Virus record (IMG/VR): IMGVR_UViG_3300045005_000111
DNA from: an uncultured virus (IMG/VR IMGVR_UViG_3300045005_000111)
Taxonomy: Duplodnaviria > Heunggongvirae > Uroviricota > Caudoviricetes
DNA: 64,000 nucleotides
Reading direction: 5' to 3' (one strand)
Every line of letters starts with the position of its first letter. The first letter of the stretch is position 1. A program made the translations under genes and the position numbers. Shown here piece by piece: positions 35,814-44,369 of the stretch. The notes under the pieces were generated by a model. The model ran no database searches. It was not told the DNA's origin and was given only the letters and a program-made list of their open reading frames with translations.

Positions 35814-36791
35814 TCAGGGCACTTCCGACTCCGCGTCTTCACAGGTCTTGCACCCCTTGTCGTTCAACCGCGACCCCAGGACCGTCAAGTTCATCCGGTT
35901 CACCGACCCCTCGAGCCGGTTGAGGAAGTTCTGCAGACTGAGGGCCGCATCACCGAACCGCTCCAGGTCGCGGGTGACGGCTTCGAGTTCGGTACAGCCG
36001 CAGCACGGCTTCGAGCACTGGTCGTTGAACCGGATGCCGTTGGCGATGCCCTCGAGAGTGAGGCACTCGTCGCCCAGAAGAGTGAAGTCTCCGTCAGCGG
36101 TCGGCGGAATCCCGTTGATCGTCTTGATGCACGGGTACTCGCCCGGATCCTCCTCGCAGACGCACTCCTTCGTCAGACCCTCGCCCTTGATGGCGTCGAT
36201 GCGAATGCGAGTGATCGCCCCGAGTTCGATCACCGAGAGCTTGGTGTTGGTTCCGGCCGTCAGCTCGAGGATCCCCGTCAGCTTGTCGCTGCGGTCGTTG
36301 CCGTTGACGAGCACCACTGAGGTGACCGCCCGCAACGTCGGACGAACGCAGTCGGGATCGAGCTTACCGCCGGCGTAGTCGAACGTGTACTCGCCCGGCG
36401 GCAGACTCGCCAGCTCGTCGAGCTTGCCAAACACCACCTTGCCGAGCGAGTCGTCGAAATCACCGGTCCCGGGCAGAGGGTAGGCCCGGTACTCGACGTG
36501 GCCGTCGAACGCCAGGGCCGCAGAAGCGACTGTCGGCGGCGAATTGGTGCCGTCGTTGTACGCCACGGTGACGTTGACGCCGGTCCCGAACACGGTCACC
36601 CGGCGCACGAAGAACTTGTCGGCCTCGACGCTCACCCCGGCGTGGACGGGCAAGTAGAGGGCCAGGAGCAGGCTGTCGGGGATCTTGAACGTCCCGGACG
36701 CGTCCAGCTTTGTGGCGCTTTCAGATAGCGGGTAGGACCGCTGCGAGTTGTGGTTCAACCACTCAAGGTTGAAAAGGGTCGTCGCGGGCAT
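35814..36791 (-). CDS. Putative virion protein, paralog member 5
   Basis: EWLNHNSQRSYPL; IKTINGIPPTADG; DQCSKPCCGCTE. Confidence 0.65.
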   Translation of the reverse strand: MPATTLFNLEWLNHNSQRSYPLSESATKLDASGTFKIPDSLLLALYLPVHAGVSVEADKFFVRRVTVFGTGVNVTVAYNDGTNSPPTVASAALAFDGHVEYRAYPLPGTGDFDDSLGKVVFGKLDELASLPPGEYTFDYAGGKLDPDCVRPTLRAVTSVVLVNGNDRSDKLTGILELTAGTNTKLSVIELGAITRIRIDAIKGEGLTKECVCEEDPGEYPCIKTINGIPPTADGDFTLLGDECLTLEGIANGIRFNDQCSKPCCGCTELEAVTRDLERFGDAALSLQNFLNRLEGSVNRMNLTVLGSRLNDKGCKTCEDAESEVP

Positions 36792-36806
36792 CCGTGCCCT
36801 CCTGAC

Positions 36807-36849
36807 GGCTAAAGGGGAGGTCCCCCCGGCCCGCCCCGAAGGGCGGGCC
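36807..36849 (-). terminator. Hairpin plus TCCCCTTTAGCC tail
   Basis: GGCCCGCCC-TTCG-GGGCGGGCC on minus strand. Confidence 0.65.
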
Positions 36850-36854
36850 TGTTT

Positions 36855-37286
36855 TCACCAGCCGAGGTACGCGCCGTACGCATCGAGCCAGGTCTCTCCG
36901 TTCTCGCCGAACTCGCCCTCGAACTCGCCCTCGAACTCGCCCTCGAACTCGTCCTCGAACTCGTCCTCGAACTCGTCCTCGTAGTCGTCCTCGTCCTCGT
37001 AGTCGTCCTCGTCCTCGTCGTCGCCGGCGCCGTCGATCTCCAGCCGCCGAGACTCGATCGCGTCGTCGATTCTGGGGTGCTCGTCCTCCAACAGGTACGC
37101 GATTTCGTCGAGCTCTTCCTGGTCCAGCTCGAAGATGACGTCGTACAGGGTTTCGAGCGCGTCAGCCTTGTTGGCCGACCCCCTGTACGCTCCCACCAGC
37201 CCATGGGCGTAGCCCACCCCGCTCTTCTTGCACGTCTGGACGAACCATTCGATCCGGCTTCGCTTCTTGGTCGTGGTGTTTGACAT
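36855..37286 (-). CDS. Acidic protein with EDEF/EGEF tandem repeats
   Basis: GGAG RBS before MSNTTTKK; 12-bp repeats at ~36908-36975. Confidence 0.65.
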   Translation of the reverse strand: MSNTTTKKRSRIEWFVQTCKKSGVGYAHGLVGAYRGSANKADALETLYDVIFELDQEELDEIAYLLEDEHPRIDDAIESRRLEIDGAGDDEDEDDYEDEDDYEDEFEDEFEDEFEGEFEGEFEGEFGENGETWLDAYGAYLGW

Positions 37287-37356
37287 CTGTCTCTCCGGTT
37301 TGTGGCCGCCATGAGTAGGCGGCCGGCACCGGATGATGACGCCATTTGACGTCGAA

Positions 37357-39165
37357 TTAACCTGGCACCAGAACCGCCACGGCGTCGAGCACGCCCACCT
37401 CCCCGGCGTATCCGTCTCCGTCTTCACGGGTCAAGCTGAATAGGATCAAGTCCCCTTCGGCCACACCACTGATCGTGTCGCTCTCGACCTCGACGTAGTC
37501 GTCCTGGTCGACGGAGACCGCCGTGTTGATGGTCAGGCTCGTCTCGGTCGTCGGCAGCGGGTCGTCGCTGACCGGGCGCGGGATCCGCCGGTAGGTGAGC
37601 AACAGGGCCGGCAGCGTGCCCGCCAGGCGGGCGAACAGCATGACCCGCAGCTTCACTTCTGGCGACGCCGGCAGGGCATCTGTACCGGGCAGCTTGAACT
37701 TGTACCGCAGCCCGCTTGCCTGGTCCGGCGGGAGGCCCAGGTACATGACGTCCTTGTAGTACCGGTCCTTCGCGTCGTCGACGCGGACGACCTGCGGATT
37801 CAACACCCGGCTCTCGGGCTCGGCGTCGAACGTCAGCTCGACCAAACCTTGAGCGTACGTCTTGCCCGAGATGATCTTCGCTGCGGACCCGGCAATGGCG
37901 ATACGTCCCGTCGTGGACCGGACGCCCTCGATGACCCGGCCCCGCTTCACCTTCCCGGTCTCGCCGAACTCCTTGAACACCAGCGAGCCTTCCTGGTCGT
38001 TCTTCTCGATCGCCGCCGAGGCGTCGTACTTGATGACCAGGGCGCCGGTCCTGGCCGGCTTGTTGTCGCAGTTGACGATTTTGATCGGACCGTCCGGATC
38101 GGACGAGTCGAGGCTGGTCACCACGCTCTTGTCGGTGGCGTACCGGACGCGGGCGAAACTGAGCACCAGTTTGCGCTGCTTCGTACGGGGGCATTCCGGA
38201 GCCGTCTGACTGGTGTGACTCGCAGAGGAGACGGCGCTCGAACTGGAGTTGTTGAACTCCACCTCCCAGGGCACGTCGCCGTAGCAGTCCGACATCCACC
38301 AGATGCCGTTGCGGTCGATCGCCACCAGTCCGTCCAGACCGGTCGGCAGTTCGACCCCGTTACCGTCGGTCTCCTTGAAGAGCGTCACGGCCACGGCGTC
38401 GCCCGGCAAAGGCGGCCAGATACGGGCCAGCTCCGGGTGCTGGTCGAGGTTGTACCCGAACGCGGCCAGCTTCGGAGCCAGGCCGCCAAACGTCTCGTGA
38501 TCGGCGGGCAGCCATCCCGGGTCGCCGGGATCGGCCACGCTGATGACGTGACGCCCCGACGGATCGGGCGGAACCGTCGTCCCGGCGGGCTGCAGGTACA
38601 GCTCGAACCGATGGTGGACGTGACTCTCGGCCAGATCCCTCAATTGTGGATGCGCGTAGACAATGTCGTCCGTTCCGGTTGCGACGAGCACAGGGACCGT
38701 GACGCCTGGTTTCTGCAGGGTCAGCTTGCCGGCTTCGCGGCCGCTCAAGTAGTAGTGTCCCGGGACGAGATCGCCGTCGACGGCGTTCGACAGGCTCACC
38801 TGCCCCTTGCCGTAGATCAGCACGTCGCACTTCGTGCTGTTCTGCTTGTACCAGACGACGCCGATCACGTTACACGAGTCGGCCGGAATCAGTGCGCCGT
38901 CGGAATCGGTGTCGAGCGCGGCCAGTCCGCGCTCGAACCGCTGAGTTTCGGTGTTGAAGTACACCGGCTGGCCGACCAGGGCGTCGGCTTCGCAGGTGAC
39001 TTCGTAAAGGTACGTCCCCTCGCCGGCCTCGAGCGCCTCGAGTCGGGCCTTGAGGTACGCGGTCTGCTGCTCGAGCGCACGACTCGGCCGCCCGGTGATC
39101 TGGGCGTCGACCCGCTCGCCGTCGATGACGTGCTTGACGTCGTTGACCCAGGGCTTCCCTGCCAT
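37357..39165 (-). CDS. Putative virion structural (baseplate/fibre-associated) protein
   Basis: 602 aa; VIDGERVDA..TGRP.RALEQQT.YLK tail-fibre-like N-terminus; position after baseplate genes. Confidence 0.6.
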   Translation of the reverse strand: MAGKPWVNDVKHVIDGERVDAQITGRPSRALEQQTAYLKARLEALEAGEGTYLYEVTCEADALVGQPVYFNTETQRFERGLAALDTDSDGALIPADSCNVIGVVWYKQNSTKCDVLIYGKGQVSLSNAVDGDLVPGHYYLSGREAGKLTLQKPGVTVPVLVATGTDDIVYAHPQLRDLAESHVHHRFELYLQPAGTTVPPDPSGRHVISVADPGDPGWLPADHETFGGLAPKLAAFGYNLDQHPELARIWPPLPGDAVAVTLFKETDGNGVELPTGLDGLVAIDRNGIWWMSDCYGDVPWEVEFNNSSSSAVSSASHTSQTAPECPRTKQRKLVLSFARVRYATDKSVVTSLDSSDPDGPIKIVNCDNKPARTGALVIKYDASAAIEKNDQEGSLVFKEFGETGKVKRGRVIEGVRSTTGRIAIAGSAAKIISGKTYAQGLVELTFDAEPESRVLNPQVVRVDDAKDRYYKDVMYLGLPPDQASGLRYKFKLPGTDALPASPEVKLRVMLFARLAGTLPALLLTYRRIPRPVSDDPLPTTETSLTINTAVSVDQDDYVEVESDTISGVAEGDLILFSLTREDGDGYAGEVGVLDAVAVLVPG

Positions 39166-39171
39166 AGTTGG

Positions 39172-39753
39172 TCACCCCGCCTGTACGAACCGTTCGACCC
39201 AGGACACACCCACCTGACTCGACGCCCGCTTCTGCACCTGCTTGGGCGTGGCGTAATACCGTCGGCCGAAGATCAGGTCCTGCGTCCGATCGCCCCACAC
39301 CGGGGCGGCGACGAGAGCCAGACCGAACACAGTACTGTTGGCCCCGTCGGAGAACGCCTTGCCGTGGACCCCCGTGGTACCGCTCGACTGGGCGATGAAG
39401 GTGAGCTGGTTGAAGTTCACCTTCCCCGCGTATCCGTTCACCACGCCCTTCTGGGGAGCGGCCAGGAGCGACACCCGGAGGAAGTCGCGGGCCGGGCTGG
39501 CGCCGAGGGCCTCGTAGTACTCGATGCCCTCGTCGGCGTCGTAGCTCGGGGCCGTCACCGGGTCGCCCGGAGACGCCGTGTTCTCGAACTCGATGTACAT
39601 GGCGTTGAGCTTGTACTTCGCGTTCCCGTCCCCGAACAGCAGACAGGCAATCTCCCCCCACGTCCATTGGATCTGGTTGTGGTCCTCGGTAATGAACCGC
39701 CAGACCCCGTCGGGGCCGATGTCGAACAGCGAGACGACTCCCTGTACTTTCAT
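39172..39753 (-). CDS. Putative baseplate/tail-fibre attachment protein
   Basis: HNQI N-motif, C-terminal DLIFGR....KQ.QK...QVGVSW; context. Confidence 0.55.
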   Translation of the reverse strand: MKVQGVVSLFDIGPDGVWRFITEDHNQIQWTWGEIACLLFGDGNAKYKLNAMYIEFENTASPGDPVTAPSYDADEGIEYYEALGASPARDFLRVSLLAAPQKGVVNGYAGKVNFNQLTFIAQSSGTTGVHGKAFSDGANSTVFGLALVAAPVWGDRTQDLIFGRRYYATPKQVQKRASSQVGVSWVERFVQAG

Positions 39754-39760
39754 GTTCCCC

Positions 39761-41245
39761 TCACTGACAGAAACCCGACACGACACGGGCAATGATCACT
39801 GGCTGCTCCACGTCCCACACCTCGTGCTCGTAGGTGTCGGCGGCGTCGAACGAGTCGATTTCGTCGTCGGCCCCGCCGATCGACAGGTCGTCGGTCACGC
39901 GGGGGGCATCGAGGAGCAGAATCAGGGCGGTGTGCGGCGGGACGAGCCGTTCGGCCGTAGTCAGCAGCCACAACCCCGCCGCGTCTTCGGTAGCCCCGCC
40001 GACATCTGCACGGACCACGAACGCGTTGTACCGCAAAGCGCTGTCGACGATCAGGGACAGCGGGTTGATAGTCGTCGGCAGATTATCCGGCTGCGGCTGT
40101 CCCTCTGGCGTGTCTCGACGGTCGAGGGCCTGGGCCAGGGTCTTGCCACGGGCGATCCCTCGGGCGTGCGTCTCGGCCCAGAACGTCGTCACGTCGGCCG
40201 GGTGGCCGCCGAGATCGCAGCTCACCTTCGTCGCCCCGCCCACGGTCTCTATCTTGATCGCCACGTCGCGATTCGGGAAGCCGACCTCGCCCAGGTACTT
40301 GCCCTGCAGGAAGCCGGCACCGAGCGACAGGCCGAGCAGATCGGCCGGCACCTGACCCCGGTTGAATTCGTACAACAGGACGGCGTTGCACACCGGGTCG
40401 CCGGCCTCGAGCTTGTCGCCCGCCGCCACGATTACGGTACTCTCGGGCGACACGCGGTAGACGTTCCGGTCGGTCAGTACGAGGGTGTGCAACCCGTCAG
40501 ACGACACTTCGGAGACCGTCTCGCTCTCGCGGGCCAACGGCACGCCCAGAGCCATGGCGACGGAGTTCACCACCAGGCCCACCGAGCTGCCGAGAACCAG
40601 CATGTCGAACGCCGCGTTCGTCAGGTCCTTGTATCCTGACGAGCTGTTCGCCTCGGTGCCGACGACGTACCCCCAGTGATCGCGGACGTAATGCCGCTCG
40701 AATTCAGGACGGTCGAGCCACAGGTCGAGCTCGGTGTCGACCTCGATGCCGTCGTCGGTCACTGCTTTACGGGCGAACCGATCGTCGGTGAACGGGTCGC
40801 GGCGGAACACCAGGCGCTGTCCGTCGAGCCAGAAGTCCAGGCCGTAGAACAGGACGACCGACGGCTCGGTCAATCGGTTGGTGATTATCTTCACACCGGC
40901 CAGACCGGCCGGAGTCGGAAACGACACCCACTGCTCGTACTCGGCACCGAACGAGTACCCGTCGTCGAACTCTACTCGCCCGCCGAACCGGGCCGCTTCG
41001 TTCAGGCGGTTCGTCAGCAGAAGTGGGCAGTGGCGGTGACCCTCGAGCCGGAACACCGGACACTGTAGGCGGCTGCGAACGTCGATCGCATCCTGCAGCA
41101 CGTTGAACGTGTTCTTGGCGAGTTCGGCTCGGCCGGCAACGAGCTTCTCGACGACGTCCTGGCCGTCGTAGGTCTCCGACCAGAGACTGCCCATAAGGGC
41201 GAGTATCCGACCGGGCTGATCGAGTTGGCTGGCCGAGTAAGGCAC
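39761..41245 (-). CDS. Putative baseplate wedge protein
   Basis: 494 aa; HWGYVVG...S..YKD..NA.FD...G; follows baseplate J-like gene apart from the inserted cassette. Confidence 0.55.
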   Translation of the reverse strand: MPYSASQLDQPGRILALMGSLWSETYDGQDVVEKLVAGRAELAKNTFNVLQDAIDVRSRLQCPVFRLEGHRHCPLLLTNRLNEAARFGGRVEFDDGYSFGAEYEQWVSFPTPAGLAGVKIITNRLTEPSVVLFYGLDFWLDGQRLVFRRDPFTDDRFARKAVTDDGIEVDTELDLWLDRPEFERHYVRDHWGYVVGTEANSSSGYKDLTNAAFDMLVLGSSVGLVVNSVAMALGVPLARESETVSEVSSDGLHTLVLTDRNVYRVSPESTVIVAAGDKLEAGDPVCNAVLLYEFNRGQVPADLLGLSLGAGFLQGKYLGEVGFPNRDVAIKIETVGGATKVSCDLGGHPADVTTFWAETHARGIARGKTLAQALDRRDTPEGQPQPDNLPTTINPLSLIVDSALRYNAFVVRADVGGATEDAAGLWLLTTAERLVPPHTALILLLDAPRVTDDLSIGGADDEIDSFDAADTYEHEVWDVEQPVIIARVVSGFCQ

Positions 41246-41322
41246 CGCTCTCCCCCTATTACGCGAACGGCCCGGACGGCGGCCTTAACTCCGCCGCCCG
41301 GGCCTGAGATCTACCGCCGGCT

Positions 41323-42381
41323 TTACGGCAGCTCGATGCTGATCTTCTTCACGCCCTTGAACTTCTCCTTGCCGCTCTCGGTCAGGTCGTCCGGGCCGAG
41401 AACGATCACCAGATCGCCGGGCTCGCCCGGCTCGCCGGGAGCCGAATCGACGCTCTTCGGCACGAGAGAGTCAGGGTCGATCAGGCCCCAGCCGTAGCTG
41501 TTGTCGAAGCCCGGATTGCCGACGTCGACCGAGGTTTTCTTGATCAGAGCCAGGAGGTCGTTGATCGAGCCGATGGTCTTTTTTCCCTGAGCCTTCTGCT
41601 TCGCCACGAGCAAGGCCACCACGCCGGCGACAAACGGCGTTGCCATCGACGTGCCGCTCAGGCGCGCGTAGTTTTTCGGCGGGTATGTCGACAGAATGTC
41701 GACGCCGGGGGCCGCTACGTCCACCGCCGAACCACGGCTGGAGAAACTGGCGATCTTCTTGGCCTGGTCGATGGCGGCCACGCACACGCACTCGGCAAAC
41801 CCGCCCGGGTAGCCGACGGTGTTTTCGCCGGGGCCTTCGTTGCCAGCCGCCGCGATGATGAACACACCCTTCGAGGCGGCGTACTTGACGGCGGAAAGAA
41901 TGCGATTGTCAGGGGAAGGGCTGCCGAGTGACATGCTGATCAGATCGGCCCCGCTGTCGACCGCCCACCGGATTCCGCTCGCGATACCGTTGCCGTTGCC
42001 GGAGCCGTTGTCGCCGAGCACTTTCCCGACCAGGAGGCGGGCCTTGGGGGCCACGCCGACGATGCCGACGTTGTTCTCGGCGGCAGCGATGATACCGCAG
42101 CAGTGGGTGCCGTGGCCGTGGACGTCGGCCGGGCCGCTCGGGCTGCCGGTGAAATCCTTGGCGGCAGCGATTCGACCCTTCAGATCGGGGTGGTCAAGAG
42201 CCGCGCCGGTGTCGAGCACAGCGACCGTGGCGCCCTCGCCCTTCGTGCGGGACCACAAAGCCGGAATCCCGAACAGCTTGAGACCCCAGTCCTGAGTCTC
42301 GGCCATCGACACGAACAACTGCTCGACCTTGTAGGGCGGCAGCGTGAAGACAGCATCATCTTTATCGACGACCTTGGACAT
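41323..42381 (-). CDS. S8 family (subtilisin-like) serine peptidase
   Basis: Catalytic triad motifs VAVLDTG, HGHGTHCCG, SGTSMATP; AAAGNEG oxyanion Asn. Confidence 0.95.
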   Translation of the reverse strand: MSKVVDKDDAVFTLPPYKVEQLFVSMAETQDWGLKLFGIPALWSRTKGEGATVAVLDTGAALDHPDLKGRIAAAKDFTGSPSGPADVHGHGTHCCGIIAAAENNVGIVGVAPKARLLVGKVLGDNGSGNGNGIASGIRWAVDSGADLISMSLGSPSPDNRILSAVKYAASKGVFIIAAAGNEGPGENTVGYPGGFAECVCVAAIDQAKKIASFSSRGSAVDVAAPGVDILSTYPPKNYARLSGTSMATPFVAGVVALLVAKQKAQGKKTIGSINDLLALIKKTSVDVGNPGFDNSYGWGLIDPDSLVPKSVDSAPGEPGEPGDLVIVLGPDDLTESGKEKFKGVKKISIELP

Positions 42382-42474
42382 CGCGACCTCCGTGTCAGAA
42401 AGCGTTTTGGACAGCGACCGGGGCGGGACCTTTGGTCCCGCCCGCATGGGTTTGCTTTGATCACCGGCGGTGGT

Positions 42475-42801
42475 TCAGACGTTCCCTTCGAGCCACTTCT
42501 GCGCGAGCTTGAGCAGGATCGGCACGAGCCACGCGGGGATCGCGGCGACCTTGACCTCGCCGTCGCTCTTCAGACCCTCGAGGGCCTTGATGGTCGCGTC
42601 CTTCGAGTACCGGCCGGGCTTCTGGCTCTTCGTGTTCGCGACGCCGCTCGAACTGCCGAACAGACCCGTCAGATAGTCGGCCAGCTTGATCGCGGCGCTG
42701 ATGGCCGTCCAGCGGTCGAACTTCTTGTCGCCCTTGAGCATGGCGATCAAATCGCTCAGAGCGTCCTCGGGGAAGGCGCCTTTCACTTCGTTCTTTGTCA
42801 T
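42475..42801 (-). CDS. Small protein with amphipathic/hydrophobic helices
   Basis: GAGG RBS; AAIPAWLVPILLKLAQKWL. Confidence 0.65.
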   Translation of the reverse strand: MTKNEVKGAFPEDALSDLIAMLKGDKKFDRWTAISAAIKLADYLTGLFGSSSGVANTKSQKPGRYSKDATIKALEGLKSDGEVKVAAIPAWLVPILLKLAQKWLEGNV

Positions 42802-42875
42802 CGCAGTACCTCGGTCTGTGGGGGTGGGAGGGAGAAGCGGTCGGGCGGGGCACACGGCCCCGCCCTTTACTGCTG

Positions 42876-43286
42876 TCAGCGGCGGAACAGGCCGCCGAAG
42901 AGGCCACGACGCTGGCCGTCGTTCACCTGGACCTTGATGTTGCTGTTGCCGGCGGACTGCACCTTCACGTTGGTGCCTCCGCCCTGCTTCACCTGTACCA
43001 CATTGGCCGCGTGGACGTTCTTGACCTGGACGACTTCCTTGACCTGGACGACTTCCTTGACCTGCACCTGCTGCACCTTCACTTCCTTCACGATCACGGG
43101 CACTTCCTTCACCACGACCTGCTTGACCTGGACGTTCTGCGCGCCGTTGTCGTAGCAGTTGCCGTTGCAGTTGGTCGCGGCCTTGACCAGAACCTTCTTC
43201 ACCTGAGCCGCCTCCGCCGGGTCGCATGCGACAACGGGGGCTGCCAGAAAAGCGAAGGCCACGAGGGCCAGCACGACGTTCTTCAT
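42876..43286 (-). CDS. Secreted V/K/Q-rich low-complexity protein
   Basis: Signal peptide MKNVVLALVAFAFLAAPVVA; VQVKEV repeats; ends RRGLFGGLFRR. Confidence 0.75.
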   Translation of the reverse strand: MKNVVLALVAFAFLAAPVVACDPAEAAQVKKVLVKAATNCNGNCYDNGAQNVQVKQVVVKEVPVIVKEVKVQQVQVKEVVQVKEVVQVKNVHAANVVQVKQGGGTNVKVQSAGNSNIKVQVNDGQRRGLFGGLFRR

Positions 43287-43348
43287 ATCCTTTCTCCTTG
43301 TTGGGCGGCGGTGTGCCGCACCGTAGTAGTGGAACCTCGACGATCGCG

Positions 43349-43765
43349 TCACTTGCGCGGCGTCTCTGGCTCCTCTTCGATCACGATCACCTTGCGTCGC
43401 ACCACTTCGCGGATAACCGCGACCTGGTCGGGGTAGTAGGCGTATTGCCCGTACTGCTGAGCGCCGAGCGCCTTGGCGGCGGCACCCTTATAGATCTCGA
43501 CCACTTCCACAACCTGCGGCTCGACGAAGTAGTCCTGTTGTACCACCACGTTCTTCACAACGACGTGGGGGACGTAATTGTAGCTGGGGGTGTAGACCGG
43601 AGCAGCGTAGGTTGGCGCCGCATAGACCGCCTTCGGCGCGGCGTAGGTCACGTTCGGAGTGACGCAAACGGCGCGGCCTCCTGAAGTCCGGCAGTTCTGG
43701 GCCTGGGCTTCTCCGCCGAACACGAAAGCAGCGGCGACAGCGATCAGGCCGGCGAGACGTGTCAT
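43349..43765 (-). CDS. Secreted Y/V/A/P-rich protein
   Basis: Signal peptide ...GGEAQA; YAAP repeats; AAGGAGG RBS. Confidence 0.7.
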   Translation of the reverse strand: MTRLAGLIAVAAAFVFGGEAQAQNCRTSGGRAVCVTPNVTYAAPKAVYAAPTYAAPVYTPSYNYVPHVVVKNVVVQQDYFVEPQVVEVVEIYKGAAAKALGAQQYGQYAYYPDQVAVIREVVRRKVIVIEEEPETPRK

Positions 43766-43814
43766 CGTCGGTCCTCCTTGACCTTTCAAGTGTGCTTCGA
43801 CTTTGTACCAGATA

Positions 43815-44369
43815 TCACTTTTTGTTGCGAGCCCGATTGACGATCGAGTCCGTTACTGACTGCGGGGCTCGCGGCTTTCCCGGCGGCATCCGCATTTTCA
43901 CGTCTTCGGTCGTCGTCCGCTCCCAAACCTTCCACCAGTCGACGTCGGCGCTTATTGTACCATCCGGAGCAAACAGCCGGAAGCCGCCCCGAATCGTACC
44001 CTGTGGACCGTGGCAAGTCGAGCAGTTTTGGGTCAGATACTGCAGGTCCGGGGCGACCTTCTGGGCCTTCGGAGCCGGCGCCTGGCTGATCTTGGGTTGC
44101 ACGGTTCCCGGCGGATCGCCCGGCTTGACCTTCTCGTCGTCGGCCAGCTTCTTCAGCAGCTTATCGACCACCTTGTCGGCGATCTTATCACTGAACTCGT
44201 CCAGCTCGTCCTGAGTGAATCTGGGCGGAGTCGAGTAGTAGTAGTAATACCCGCCCGGCTGGTACGAGAACTTGTATCGCGGCACGATGATCTTCTCGGG
44301 CTCGCCGGCGGACGCGCCCGTAATCGCGAGCAGGCTCAGCCCCAAAGCCAGCAGTGCAAACTTTCTCAC
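43815..44369 (-). CDS. Secreted c-type cytochrome-like protein (monoheme)
   Basis: Signal peptide; CSTCH heme motif followed by GGFRL...W...RMPPG (distal Met ligand pattern). Confidence 0.8.
   Translation of the reverse strand: MRKFALLALGLSLLAITGASAGEPEKIIVPRYKFSYQPGGYYYYYSTPPRFTQDELDEFSDKIADKVVDKLLKKLADDEKVKPGDPPGTVQPKISQAPAPKAQKVAPDLQYLTQNCSTCHGPQGTIRGGFRLFAPDGTISADVDWWKVWERTTTEDVKMRMPPGKPRAPQSVTDSIVNRARNKK

Noticed and set aside
30238..39795. Long plus-strand ORFs (e.g. 30238-31896, 31893-33677, 33893-35488, 37849-39795)
   Set aside because: Antisense shadows of GC3-rich minus-strand genes, with R/G/V-biased composition and no motifs
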